A stretch of DNA of 64,000 nt from Candidatus Eiseniibacteriota bacterium (lineage in GTDB: Bacteria > Eisenbacteria > RBG-16-71-46 > JABDJR01), in contig CAWANH010000028.1 in the NCBI GenBank assembly GCA_963783375.1, positions 928,001 through 992,000 on the forward strand. Direction: 5' to 3'. Positions within the stretch are counted from its first letter, which is position 1. The number at the start of each line of letters is the position of its first letter. The position numbers were made by a program, and so were the translations under genes. This document shows positions 26,006 through 36,167 of this stretch, piece after piece. A model generated the notes under the pieces. It saw only the letters and a program-made list of their open reading frames with translations. It had not been told where the DNA came from and ran no database searches.

Positions 26006-29000
26006 ATGAACGATCCCGGCTACAGCCAGATCATCGAAGCCCTGGACGGAGGACGTCGGGCTCTGGCCCGCGCGCGTCTGACCGCCGGACTCTTCCGCTT
26101 CCTGGGGATCGCCGTGACCACCGTGGCCGGCCTGGTGCTGTGGGCGGTGCTGGTGCGCTTCCTGCGGTTCTACAGCGTGCCGGTGGCCGCCGGGGCCTCG
26201 ATCCTGGGGGCGGGGGTGGTGGTGTTCGCCCTCATCCGATGGATCGTCGTGCCCCTGGTGCGGCTCCCCGGCCGCGACGCGTTCGTGACCCTGGTGGAGC
26301 GCCGGTTCCCCCGGGAGAAGAACCTCATCGTCAACGCCTACCAGCTCGGCGAGGCCGGCCGCACCCCCCAGGCCGACCGAGCTCCCGACCTGGTGGACGC
26401 CCTGATCGCCCGCGCTTCGGAGCGGGTCCGGGAGATGGACCTCAAGCGCTGGCGCGACCCGGCCCCCGACCGGCCGTACCTGTGGGCGGGGGGCGGCGCG
26501 ATCGCGGTCATGGCGATCCTCGGCCTCGTCTCTCCCGCGCTCCTCACCGGGGCGCTGGGGCAGGTGCTCAGGCCTTCCCGCGCCGAGGCGCCGCCGGTCT
26601 CCCTCACCGTCACCCCCGGCGACATCGAGGTGGACCGGGGGAGCGACGTCACCGTCTCGGTCGCGATCGACGGCACCGGCCACGCCCCGGTGTTGCGCTT
26701 CCGGGAGCACGGGGGCGAGTGGCGGGTCCGCGAGTTCGGGCCCCACGCCGCCGACGCGGTGAACCGGGAGGGCGGGCTCTGGGACACCGTGCTTCCCCGG
26801 GTGGACCGGAATCTCGAGTACCGGGTGGAGGCGCCCCGGGCGGAGAGCGGCGTCTTCGCCATCACCGTGCGCGAACCCCCCCGGCTGGCCGGCTTCCGCG
26901 CCCACCTCACCTACCCCGCCTACAGCGGGCTCGGAAACGAAACCCTGAACTCGGGAAGCGGCGACGTCGCGGCGCTGAAGGGCACCGACGTCGACCTTCG
27001 GGTGCTCACCAACCGGCCCATGGCCGAGGCCTGGCTGGAATGGCGGGACGATCGGGCGGACAGCGCTCGGCGGGTGGAGCTCGCCTCGACCGACGGCACC
27101 ACCTGGAAAACCGACTTCCGCTTGATGGAGCCGGCCAGCTACGCGGTGGTGCTCGGGGACGACGGCGGTGAGGCGCGCCTGCGCTCGCCCCGCTACCGGG
27201 TGGACCCGGTGGCCGACCGGGCGCCCTACCTGACCCTCCACTACCCCCAGGACGATCACGACCTCACCCAGGACATGATGGAGCGGATCGTGGCCGACGC
27301 CGCCGACGACTACGGCTTCAGCTCGGCTCGGGTCGTCTACAAGGTGGGCGACGGCCCCGAGCGGGCCACCAGGTTTCATCCCTACACCGAGGGCCAGAAG
27401 GAGTTCCGGCTGGACACCCTCTGGGACCTCAAGGGACTCGACCTCATTCCCGGGGCGGTTCTCACCTACTACGTGGAGGTGAAGGACAACGACACGGTGA
27501 GCGGTCCCAAGGCGGCGCGTTCGCCGGTCCGGCGGGTCCGCTACCCCACCGTGGCCGAGCTCTACGCCGACGTGGCCGACGACCACAAGCGCGAGATCGG
27601 GAGCCTCTCCGACCTGCACAAGGAGCAGAGCGACCTCCGGGAGCGCCTGGAGAAGCTCCAGAACGAGCTCAAGCAGGGGAAGCAGATGGACTGGGACGTC
27701 CGTCAGGACGTGCAGAAATCGGTGGACCAGCAGAAGAGCCTGGAAGAGCAGCTGTCCGAGGTGGTGAGCCGGCTCCAGGAGACGGTGTCCAAGGCCTCGG
27801 ACCGGGCCCAGATGAACCCCGATCTGGTGCAGAAGATGGGTGAGATCAACGACCTACTCCAGGGTCTCAACAACGAGAACCTGAAGCGCTCCTTCCAGGA
27901 ACTCTCCAAGGCCCTGGAGAAGATGGACCGGGACGCGGTGCGAAACGCCCTGGAGAAGCTCCAGGCCAATCAGGACGAGATGCTGAAGGGGCTCGATCGC
28001 ACCATCGAGCTTCTGAAGCAGATCCACCGCGACGAACAGGTGGAGGACGTGGTGCGCCGGACCGACGAGATCGCCGAACTCCAAAACCAGATCGCCAAGG
28101 AGCTGGAGAAGATGGGGGCCAAGCCGCCGGACCCGGCCGCCGAACCCTCGCCCGGCGAGCAGGAGCAGAACCCCGACCAGAAGGCCGGCGATCAGGAGAA
28201 GGCGTCCGACCCGAGCCGCAAGGGGGACGAGAAGTCCGCCGAGGAGGCCAAGAAGGCCGACCAGTCCGAGAAGCAGGACGAGGCCTCGGCCGGGGACAAG
28301 CAGGACGCCGAGGCCAAGGATCAGGAGCAGGGTCAGAACCAGAACCAGGATCAGAAACAGGATCAGAAACAGGATTCCGCCCAGGACCAGAAGGGTGACC
28401 AGAGCTCCAAGGACCAGAAGGGCGAGAACGACCGGAAAGACCGGCAGGACCAGAAGGGTTCGAAGGATCAACAGGGGGAGCAGGGTCAGAAGGACCAGCA
28501 GAGCCCGAAAGACCAAGAGAACCAGATGGAGCCGGGGAAGGAGAATCAGCAGAACCAGGACTCGGAGAAGGCGCTCGAGGATCTCAAGAAGAGCCTGGAG
28601 AAGCTCCGCGACCAGCTGGCCAAGAAGAACCAGTCGCAGAGCGGCGACCAGAAGGGGAGCAAGAGCGGCCAGGAGAAGAAGAAGGAATCGGGGGACCAGA
28701 AAGACCGGCTCCAGCAGCTGGCCGAGCAGCAGGAAGAGGCCCAGAAGAAGCTGGCCGAGCTCAAGCGCCAGCTCGAGACCCTCCAGAAGATGAACAAGGA
28801 CAAGCCGGGTTCCATGGACAAGATGAGCGAGATGCAGAAGAGCAAGCTCATGCGGGACCTGGAGCAGAACATGAAGCAGGCCCAGCAGGGGATGAACCAG
28901 GGGCAGCCCCAGCCCGCGGCCGACTTCGCCTTCCGGGCCCGGGATGAGGCGGCGGGGCTGGCCGACATGGCCAAGTCCATGAAGCAGCAGATGCAGCAAC

Positions 29001-29947
29001 AGCTGACCGACGACACCATCCAGAAGATGGAGAAGATCATCCGGAACCTGATCGACGTGTCCAGGGATCAGGAAGGTCTGGCCGCGGCGTCGGACGCCGA
29101 CTCGCGTCTCCAGGCCCAGCGCCAGTTCGACCTGACCGGGGTGACCCAGGCCCTGGCCGAGAGCCTCGATGCGGTGGCCAAGCAGAGCCTGGCCATCAAG
29201 AACACCCAGCAGGCCAAGCTCGGCTCGGCGGTGCAGAGGATGGACCGGGCGTCCCAGCTCTACGAGCAGGGGAACTCCCAGGGGGCGGAGTTCCAGGGTC
29301 GGGAGTCGGCCTCGGACCTGAACGAGGCCATCGTCCAGCTCATGAAGTCCCACGCCCAGATGTGCAGCGGCTCATCGGGGGGCGAGAAGTCGAAGCAGAT
29401 GAAGGAGCAGCTCACCGGGCTCAGCGAATCCCAGGAGCAGCTCAACCGGGCCACCCGCCAGATGCTGGAACGGCTCCAGGGAAAGGGCCGGCTCAGCATG
29501 ACCGAGGCCCAGCGGCTCCAGCAGATGGCCGCCCAGCAGGAGATGATCCGCAAGGGGCTGGATGAGCTTCAACAGAACTTCGACCAGGCCAAGGACCTCC
29601 TGGGCGACGTCGATCAGCTCAAGCGGGAGATGGAGGACGCCCAGAAGGACCTCGCCGAGAAGCACGTGGACCCGCGGCTAATGGAACGCCAGCAGAAGAT
29701 CCTCTCCCGGCTCCTCGACGCCCAGCGCTCCATCCGCCAGCAGGAGATGAGCCCCCAGCGGGAGAGCAAGACCGCGACGCTGGCCGAGCGGCAGTCTCCG
29801 CCCCCCATTCCCGAGGAGCTTCTGAAGAAGGACCGCACCCTGGAGGAGGACGTCCTCCGGGGATCCGACGACCGCTATCCGTCCCAGTACCGGAAGCTGG
29901 TCGAGGAGTACTTCCGGGCGCTATCCAAGGAGACCCGCAATCCGTAG
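26006..29947 (+). CDS. Large membrane-anchored Ig-like plus coiled-coil protein (DUF4175-like)
   Basis: Three N-terminal TMs, beta region (YPAYSGL, DDYGF, VKDNDTVSGPK), long Q/E/K/M-rich helices, C-terminal RQQKILSRLLDAQRS and YRKLVEEYFRAL. Confidence 0.8.
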   Translation: MNDPGYSQIIEALDGGRRALARARLTAGLFRFLGIAVTTVAGLVLWAVLVRFLRFYSVPVAAGASILGAGVVVFALIRWIVVPLVRLPGRDAFVTLVERRFPREKNLIVNAYQLGEAGRTPQADRAPDLVDALIARASERVREMDLKRWRDPAPDRPYLWAGGGAIAVMAILGLVSPALLTGALGQVLRPSRAEAPPVSLTVTPGDIEVDRGSDVTVSVAIDGTGHAPVLRFREHGGEWRVREFGPHAADAVNREGGLWDTVLPRVDRNLEYRVEAPRAESGVFAITVREPPRLAGFRAHLTYPAYSGLGNETLNSGSGDVAALKGTDVDLRVLTNRPMAEAWLEWRDDRADSARRVELASTDGTTWKTDFRLMEPASYAVVLGDDGGEARLRSPRYRVDPVADRAPYLTLHYPQDDHDLTQDMMERIVADAADDYGFSSARVVYKVGDGPERATRFHPYTEGQKEFRLDTLWDLKGLDLIPGAVLTYYVEVKDNDTVSGPKAARSPVRRVRYPTVAELYADVADDHKREIGSLSDLHKEQSDLRERLEKLQNELKQGKQMDWDVRQDVQKSVDQQKSLEEQLSEVVSRLQETVSKASDRAQMNPDLVQKMGEINDLLQGLNNENLKRSFQELSKALEKMDRDAVRNALEKLQANQDEMLKGLDRTIELLKQIHRDEQVEDVVRRTDEIAELQNQIAKELEKMGAKPPDPAAEPSPGEQEQNPDQKAGDQEKASDPSRKGDEKSAEEAKKADQSEKQDEASAGDKQDAEAKDQEQGQNQNQDQKQDQKQDSAQDQKGDQSSKDQKGENDRKDRQDQKGSKDQQGEQGQKDQQSPKDQENQMEPGKENQQNQDSEKALEDLKKSLEKLRDQLAKKNQSQSGDQKGSKSGQEKKKESGDQKDRLQQLAEQQEEAQKKLAELKRQLETLQKMNKDKPGSMDKMSEMQKSKLMRDLEQNMKQAQQGMNQGQPQPAADFAFRARDEAAGLADMAKSMKQQMQQQLTDDTIQKMEKIIRNLIDVSRDQEGLAAASDADSRLQAQRQFDLTGVTQALAESLDAVAKQSLAIKNTQQAKLGSAVQRMDRASQLYEQGNSQGAEFQGRESASDLNEAIVQLMKSHAQMCSGSSGGEKSKQMKEQLTGLSESQEQLNRATRQMLERLQGKGRLSMTEAQRLQQMAAQQEMIRKGLDELQQNFDQAKDLLGDVDQLKREMEDAQKDLAEKHVDPRLMERQQKILSRLLDAQRSIRQQEMSPQRESKTATLAERQSPPPIPEELLKKDRTLEEDVLRGSDDRYPSQYRKLVEEYFRALSKETRNP
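28334..28375 (+). repeat. In-frame short tandem repeat (CAGAAC x2, CAGGATCAGAAA x2.5) in a Q/D/K-rich linker
   Basis: cagaaccagaaccaggatcagaaacaggatcagaaacaggat encoding QNQNQDQKQDQKQD. Confidence 0.7.
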
Positions 29948-29966
29948 GCCAAGGACGAACCGCTTC

Positions 29967-31582
29967 ATGATCCGAATGAGCCGGACGGTCGGGCTCCGCA
30001 TGGTCTTGGCGCTCCTGGCCGCGGGGTTCCTGGCCGCCGCCGCCGCCCCCCCGCGCGGGCGGTGGACGCTCTCTACCGGAACAACATCCAGACCGCGCGG
30101 CAGTTCATGAGCCGGGGCCAGCCCGAGCCCGCGGCCCAGCTCTATCAGCGGGTGCTGAAGGACCACCCTGACGACCCCACCGCTTCCGGGGGCTACGCCG
30201 AGGCCCTGATCGCCATGGGGAAACTCGAGGACGCGGACACGTTCCTCGCCGACGCGCTCGGCCGGATCGCCAAGAACATCGATCTCTACCGCGTGCGCTA
30301 CGAGTTGCGGGTGGCCCAGAAGCGATACGGGGACGCCTTCAGCGACGTGCTCCGGGTGCTGGAACTCGACCAGGCGCGTTCCACCTGGGCCATGCGGCGC
30401 GCCCAGGAACTCCTCGAGACCGGACTCGAGGCCAGGAAGGCGGAGAAGCTGACCGCCGAGGAGCGGAAGAGCCACCCCGAGATGGCCGGCCTGGCCATCA
30501 TGGAGGGGGTGATCGTGAACCTGGGGGGACGGCCGGACGAGGCGCTGGCGCTGGTGACCAAGGCCGACGACGACGGAAAGATGAAGGGGCAGGCGGTGTC
30601 CACCTTCGCCGACGTCCTGACCGCGCTCGGGAAGGAGGACGACGCGGTGGCCGCGCTCCAGAGCGCGGCGGACCGGGTGGACCAGCCGGCCATCCGTTCC
30701 AAGATCCTCTACCGGGTGGCCGAGGTCCAGGTGAGCCGGGACCGGTACCGGGACGCCCTGGCCAGCCTCGACCGGATCGTCACCGAACGCGAGGGCACGA
30801 GCGCGGCGGGGAAGGCGCTCCTCATGGCCGCGGACATCTACCAGAAGCACCTGAATGACCCCAAGGGCGCCCTGTCGGTCTACACCAGGATCAAGGACGA
30901 CCCCATGCTCGGGCACCGGAAATCGGAGATGCTTCTCCAGATGGGCGAGTGCTACCTCCGGCTCGGCCGCTTCGACGAGGCCGGCGCCACCTACCACGAG
31001 GTGGCGCCCCTGTCGGTGGATCCCGAGGAGGTGGAGAAGGCGGCCTTCGAACAGGCCGAGGTCCAGTTCTTCCGCGGGGACTTCGACTCGGCCATGGTCC
31101 TCTATCAGGACATGGCCCAGGACCATCCGCGAAGTCTGCTGGCCGACGACGCCGCCGGACGCTACATCATGTTGAACAAGTATCAGGCCCTGGGAGGCGG
31201 GGCCGCGGTCCAGGCTCTGGGCCGGATGGACTGGGCCCGAGCCTCCGGAGACACCGCGGTGGTGGACTCCGTGGCCGACCTCCTGATCGCGACCTATCCG
31301 GGGGGTGAGCTGGCCGCCGAGGCGCTTCTGGCCAAGGCGGACGTGGCCGCAACCCCCGAGACCGCCCTGGGCTACCTGGACCGGCTGGTGGACGAGTACA
31401 AGGACGACCGCCGGGCCCCGGCGGCGCTCATGCGCGGGGGAAACCTCCTGCTCGAAAAGCTCGATCGCTCCGGCGAGGCCCTGGTCCGCTTCGAGAGCAT
31501 TCTCACCGACTACCCCGAGAGCCTGGAGGCCCCCGAAGCCCGCCGGCTCGTGGAGAAACTGCGTCGTGACGTCAAATCCTGA
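29967..31582 (+). CDS. Secreted tetratricopeptide-repeat protein with an apparent single-base frameshift in the signal peptide
   Basis: TPR helices throughout 30062-31582. The signal peptide MIRMSRTVGLRMVLALLAAGFLAAAAA starts at 29967 in another frame; one extra C in the C7 run 30046-30052 gives APPARA-VDALY. Confidence 0.8.
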
Positions 31583-32867
31583 CTCGCTCCTGGCCCGGTT
31601 CCGGGGCCTCGGTCTGGCCGCCGCGGCGGCCGGGATCCTCCTCGCCCTCATACCCGCGCCCGCTTCCGCCAAGATCCTCGTCCCCATGGACCTCAAGCAG
31701 ACCGACCACCTGAAGGCCTACGGCCTGGCCTACTGGGAACTGGCCCGCGGGCACAACGTGGAGTGGCTCCTCAACTACCGCGGGGGGTCGTTCTTCTTCG
31801 AGGACGACCCCGCGGTTCTCCGCGAGGCGAAGATCCGGGGGGTGCTCACCCAGGCGGTTTCCGACGCCGACGTGACCTCGATCTACGCGGAGATCGAAAA
31901 GAACAACATGGACGTCGTGCTCCTGGAGAAGGCGCCCCGGGTGGCCATCTACATCCCGCCGGGCTTCGTGCCCTGGGACGACGCGGTGACCCTGGCCTTC
32001 ACCTACGCCGACATCCCCTTCACCCCGATCTGGGACGACGAGGTCCTGGGCGGCGATCTCTCCAAGTACGACTGGCTCCATCTCCATCACGAGGACTTCA
32101 CCGGCCAGTACGGGAAGTTCTACGCCACCTTCCGGGGCGCCGACTGGTACCGCGCCCAGGTGGCGCAGCTGGAGGCCGAGGCCCACAAGCTGGGCTACAA
32201 GAAGGTGAGCGAGGAGAAGAAGGCGGTGGCGGAGACCATCAAGGACTGGGTGGCCCGGGGAGGGTTCCTCTTCGCCATGTGCAGCGCCACCGACACCTTC
32301 GACATCGCCCTCGCCGCCCACGGGGTCGACATCTGCGCCCCGGAGTTCGACGGGGATCCCATGGACCCCGACGCCGACCGGAAGCTGGACTTCTCCCGTA
32401 CCCTGGCTTTCCAGAATTTCCACCTGGTCACCAACCCGTACGAGTACGAGTTCTCGAACATCGACATGACCAACCAGGTGGCCCGGGCGCGGGGAGAGCA
32501 GAACGACTACTTCACCCTCTTCGAGTTCTCGGCCAAGCAGGACCCGGTGCCCACCATGCTCACCCAGGACCACACCAACGTGGTGAAGGGCTTCCTCGGC
32601 CAGACCACCAGCTTCAACAAGAAGCTCCTGAAGGACGGCGTCCTGGTCCTGGGGGAGCCGGAGGGGTGGCCGGACGTCCGCTACATCCACGGGGACTTCG
32701 GCAAGGGGACCTGGACATTCCTGGGCGGGCACGACCCCGAGGACTGGGAGCACCGGGTGGGGGATCCTCCCACCGATCTATCCCTCCACAAGAACTCTCC
32801 GGGATACCGGTTGATCCTGGACAACGTGCTCTTCCCGGCCGCGGAGCGGAAGAAGCAGAAGACGTGA
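31566..32867 (+). CDS. Secreted class-I-glutamine-amidotransferase-like protein (conserved FCB hypothetical, often mislabelled asparagine synthetase B)
   Basis: Signal peptide ending APASA; ILVPMD..QTDHLKAYG, WLLNYRGGSF, PWDDAVTLA, YDWLHLHHEDFTGQYGKFY, GGFLFAMCSATD, GGHDPED, NSPGYRLIL. Confidence 0.75.
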   Translation: MTSNPDSLLARFRGLGLAAAAAGILLALIPAPASAKILVPMDLKQTDHLKAYGLAYWELARGHNVEWLLNYRGGSFFFEDDPAVLREAKIRGVLTQAVSDADVTSIYAEIEKNNMDVVLLEKAPRVAIYIPPGFVPWDDAVTLAFTYADIPFTPIWDDEVLGGDLSKYDWLHLHHEDFTGQYGKFYATFRGADWYRAQVAQLEAEAHKLGYKKVSEEKKAVAETIKDWVARGGFLFAMCSATDTFDIALAAHGVDICAPEFDGDPMDPDADRKLDFSRTLAFQNFHLVTNPYEYEFSNIDMTNQVARARGEQNDYFTLFEFSAKQDPVPTMLTQDHTNVVKGFLGQTTSFNKKLLKDGVLVLGEPEGWPDVRYIHGDFGKGTWTFLGGHDPEDWEHRVGDPPTDLSLHKNSPGYRLILDNVLFPAAERKKQKT

Positions 32868-33079
32868 GCCCGGGGGCCGGCCCCGAACCCTGGATCCGGC
32901 CTCTCCGCCGACGGTTACCGGGGCCCGGGGAGCCGGGCCGGGGGCAGGTTCGCCCTTGACGGGCGCCTAAACCGGCGGGAAACTACAGGTTGCGTCGTTC
33001 CCCGTGCATCCCGCAGCGGTCCTGGCATGTCGGTTCCGGCATGGGGTGGAATATCCTGAGTAGGGATGGGAGGTAGTCG

Positions 33080-33280
33080 ATGTCGCTCGAAGACCGAGGG
33101 TTCCCGGACTGTTTGAAATGTAATAACGGCCTGCTTCTTCCGCTCTCCGACTACGGCCGCGACGGGGCGCCGATCCGGTACAAGGCCTGGGTCTGCTCGA
33201 ATCCCAACTGCGGATTCAACGTCCGGATCGACAACGGGGAGATTTCCATCGGAAGGACCATCGGCACCTCGGTGAAGTAA
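33080..33280 (+). CDS. Small zinc-ribbon protein (66 aa)
   Basis: GGGAGGT RBS; CLKC...LLPLSDYG...YKAWVCSNPNCGFN. Confidence 0.75.
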   Translation: MSLEDRGFPDCLKCNNGLLLPLSDYGRDGAPIRYKAWVCSNPNCGFNVRIDNGEISIGRTIGTSVK

Positions 33281-33329
33281 CCCCGCCGCTTCCTTCGTTC
33301 GCGACCGCCCGTCGAAAGGAGCCCTGCCT

Positions 33330-34070
33330 GTGATCCGCGCGGTCATCTTCGACCTCGACAACACGCTCACCGATTTCATGCGTGTGAAGGAGGTCGCGAT
33401 CGAGTCCGCGGCCGACAACATGCTGGACGCCGGGCTCGACGCCCGGTTGCCGCGCTCGGAAGGGGAATCGGCCCGCGACCGGACGATGCGACGAATCCGG
33501 GAGATCTACGACCGGGAGGGGATCGAATACCAGAAGGTGTTCAACACCTTCCTCCAGGAGGAGCTGGGGGAGGTGGATTACAAGTTCCTGGCCTCGGCCA
33601 TCGTCGGCTACCGCCGCGCGCGCGATTCCGCCCTGGTTCCCTATCCCCATGTGCTTCTCACCCTTCACCAGCTCATGCGACGGGGGCTCAAGCTCGGGGT
33701 GGTGAGCGACGCCCCGCGCGAAGGCGCCTGGCTTCGCCTGGTCTCCCTCAACCTGCACCACGTCTTCGACCAGGTGGTGACCTTCGAGGACACCGGCGTT
33801 CGCAAACCCGACCCCGCTCCCTTCCGCCTGGCCTTGAGCCGCCTGGGAGTCGCCGCCGAGGCGGCGCTCATGGTGGGGGACTGGCCGGACCGGGACATGG
33901 CCGGAGCCAAGGCGCTGGGTATGCACACGGTGTTCGCTCACTACGGGTTCTCGTGGTCCAAGGACCGGGACCCCATCGACATGCATCCTGCGGATCACGC
34001 GATCCACGACGTTCTGGAGCTGGTGGACATCGTGGACGGACTGAACCGGGAGGGAGAGGCCGCGTCCTGA
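33330..34070 (+). CDS. HAD-superfamily hydrolase (subfamily IA)
   Basis: FDLDNTL motif I, LGVVSD, KPDP, MVGD..RDMAGA. Confidence 0.9.
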   Translation: MIRAVIFDLDNTLTDFMRVKEVAIESAADNMLDAGLDARLPRSEGESARDRTMRRIREIYDREGIEYQKVFNTFLQEELGEVDYKFLASAIVGYRRARDSALVPYPHVLLTLHQLMRRGLKLGVVSDAPREGAWLRLVSLNLHHVFDQVVTFEDTGVRKPDPAPFRLALSRLGVAAEAALMVGDWPDRDMAGAKALGMHTVFAHYGFSWSKDRDPIDMHPADHAIHDVLELVDIVDGLNREGEAAS

Positions 34071-34121
34071 CCGGGGGCGTTACGGTAGGGTTGCGCCCAC
34101 GCCCGAACCTCGAGGAGACGA

Positions 34122-34493
34122 ATGTCCCCCACTAGCGACTGGGAATTCGCCATCGGCGTGGACATCGCCGAGGTGGTCCGGATCCGGGCCGCGGTGCGCC
34201 GCTGGGGGGACCGGTTCCTGAAGCGCCACTTCACCGATCAGGAGATCGCCTACTGCCGGGGAAAGGCGCGTCCGGCGGAATCCCTGGCCGCCCGGTTCGC
34301 GGCCAAGGAAGCGTTCGCCAAGGCCTATCCCGGCCCGGAAACCCTGGCCTGGAAGGACGTGGAGGTGGTTCGCGCCGGAAGGAAGCCCATGTACCGGCTT
34401 CACGGCCCCGCCGCCCGGTGCGAGGCCAAGCTCTCCCTCTCCCACACCCACGCCCACGCGGTGGCGGTGGCCATGGTGCGTTGGAAATCGTAA
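34122..34493 (+). CDS. acpS: Holo-[acyl-carrier-protein] synthase
   Basis: IGVDIAEVVRI, FTDQEIAYC, LAARFAAKEAFAKA, LSLSH. Confidence 0.93.
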   Translation: MSPTSDWEFAIGVDIAEVVRIRAAVRRWGDRFLKRHFTDQEIAYCRGKARPAESLAARFAAKEAFAKAYPGPETLAWKDVEVVRAGRKPMYRLHGPAARCEAKLSLSHTHAHAVAVAMVRWKS

Positions 34494-34515
34494 GACCCTG
34501 AACAGCGAGGCATTC

Positions 34516-36102
34516 ATGCGACGACTGGTGACTTCGGAAGAAATGAAAGGGATGGACCGGGAGGCGATCGAGGACCGGCAGATCCCGGGCTACGACCTCA
34601 TGGAGCGGGCCGGACGCGGGGTTGCCGAATCCATCCTGGCCAACTTCAGCGACCTGGAAGACGCCCGGGTGGTGGTCCTGGCCGGCCCCGGAAACAACGG
34701 TGGCGACGGGTTCGTGGTGGCGCGGGTCCTGGACGACGCCGACATGCGGCCGGTGGTGATCCTGGTGGGCACCGAGCCGGACCGGCTCGCCGGGGACGCG
34801 GCCCGGGCCTACGCGGACTGGGCCAAGGCGGGGGGGGAGACCCTGGCCGCTCCGGATGAAGCGGCCTGGAAAGAGGCGCGGGACGAGCTGGCCGAGGCCG
34901 ACCTGGTGGTGGATGCGCTTCTGGGGACCGGGACCAAAGGGGCTCCGCGCGGCCTCATCGGCGAGGTGGTGGTGGAGCTGGAGGACATCGGGGCCCCCAT
35001 CGTGGCGGTGGACGTTCCCACCGGGGTGGACGCCGACGACGGCCGGGTGGAGGGGGCCTGCGTGAACGCGGATCTCACCGTGACCATGGCCCTACCCAAG
35101 CGCGGGCACTTCTTCTTCCCGGGACGCGCGTTCGCGGGGGCGCTGGAGTGGGTGGACATCGGCATCCCCGAGGACATCCTGGAACGGGGCGAGGGGCTCC
35201 GGGCCTACGTGATCGAAGCCGAGGACGTCATGGAGCGGCTTCCCGACCGCGAACCCGAGATGCACAAGGGGAACCGCGGGCGGCTCCTGGTGGTGGGGGG
35301 AAGCGCCGGGCTCACCGGGGCGGTGACCCTCTCCTCCCGGGCCGCGGTACGGGCGGGGGCGGGCCTGGTGACCGCCGGGGTGCCCCTGAGCCTGAACGAC
35401 GTCCTGGAGTTGAAGCTCACCGAGGTCATGACGCTTCCCCTCCCCGAGCTGGAAGTCCGGGCGCTGAGCCGCGAGGCGTTCGACTCCATCGCCCTCTTCC
35501 AGCCGGGACGGCTCACCGCGCTGGCGGTGGGACCGGGGGCGGGACGGCACCCCAGCACCCGGGCCCTGATCCAACGCATCATCCGGGAGATCGACCTCCC
35601 CACCGTGCTCGACGCCGACGGGCTGAACGCCTTCGCCGGAGAGGCGGACCTGCTTCGCCTGAGCGCGGCGGGAAGCCGGCTGGTCCTCACCCCGCACCCG
35701 GGGGAGTTCGCGGCGTTGACCGGGGAGGATCCGGGGACCATCCCCGAGCGCCGGATGGAGACGGCCTCGAAGTGGGCGCGGCGTCTCGGGGTGGTGATCG
35801 TGCTCAAGGGGGCGCCCACGGTGATCGCCGACCCCGAGAGCGACACCGTCTATGTGAACCCCACCGGCTCCGAGGCCCTGGCCACGGGGGGGACCGGCGA
35901 CGTGCTGACCGGCCTCATCTCCGGATTCATGGCCCAGGGCCTGGATTCGCTGGACGCCGCGGTGGGCGGCGTGTTTCTCCACGGCTACACCGCGGACTAC
36001 GTGGTGGAGGACTGGGGCTCGATCTACGGCTTCCAGGCCGGGGACCTCGTGGACTGGTTCCCCATGGCCATGGGCTATTTCCTGAACCCGCCGGAGCTGT
36101 AG
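34516..36102 (+). CDS. nnr: Bifunctional NAD(P)H-hydrate epimerase/dehydratase
   Basis: LMERAG, GPGNNGGDG, VDALLGTG, AVDVPTG, HKGNRG, AVGPG, VLDADGLN, LTPHPGEF, LATGGTGDVLTG. Confidence 0.95.
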   Translation: MRRLVTSEEMKGMDREAIEDRQIPGYDLMERAGRGVAESILANFSDLEDARVVVLAGPGNNGGDGFVVARVLDDADMRPVVILVGTEPDRLAGDAARAYADWAKAGGETLAAPDEAAWKEARDELAEADLVVDALLGTGTKGAPRGLIGEVVVELEDIGAPIVAVDVPTGVDADDGRVEGACVNADLTVTMALPKRGHFFFPGRAFAGALEWVDIGIPEDILERGEGLRAYVIEAEDVMERLPDREPEMHKGNRGRLLVVGGSAGLTGAVTLSSRAAVRAGAGLVTAGVPLSLNDVLELKLTEVMTLPLPELEVRALSREAFDSIALFQPGRLTALAVGPGAGRHPSTRALIQRIIREIDLPTVLDADGLNAFAGEADLLRLSAAGSRLVLTPHPGEFAALTGEDPGTIPERRMETASKWARRLGVVIVLKGAPTVIADPESDTVYVNPTGSEALATGGTGDVLTGLISGFMAQGLDSLDAAVGGVFLHGYTADYVVEDWGSIYGFQAGDLVDWFPMAMGYFLNPPEL

Positions 36103-36167
36103 ACGGGGACGGGGCAGGATGTCTTCCCCCCGGCGATCGGGGGTCAGGCGTAACCCGGGGGGCGAAC

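Noticed and set aside
27854-29353. Leu/Val-rich minus-strand ORF resembling a membrane protein
   Set aside because: It is the antisense mirror of the Gln/Lys/Glu/Asp-rich coiled-coil region of the DUF4175-like gene.
31566-32867. Assigning asnB to this gene
   Set aside because: It lacks the N-terminal Ntn Cys and the SGGLDS motif and has a signal peptide; it is unrelated to the true AsnB-family gene at 10947.
33022-33037. Sigma54-like CTGGCATGTCGGTTCC before the zinc-ribbon gene
   Set aside because: The conserved -12 GC is absent (TTCC rather than TTGC).
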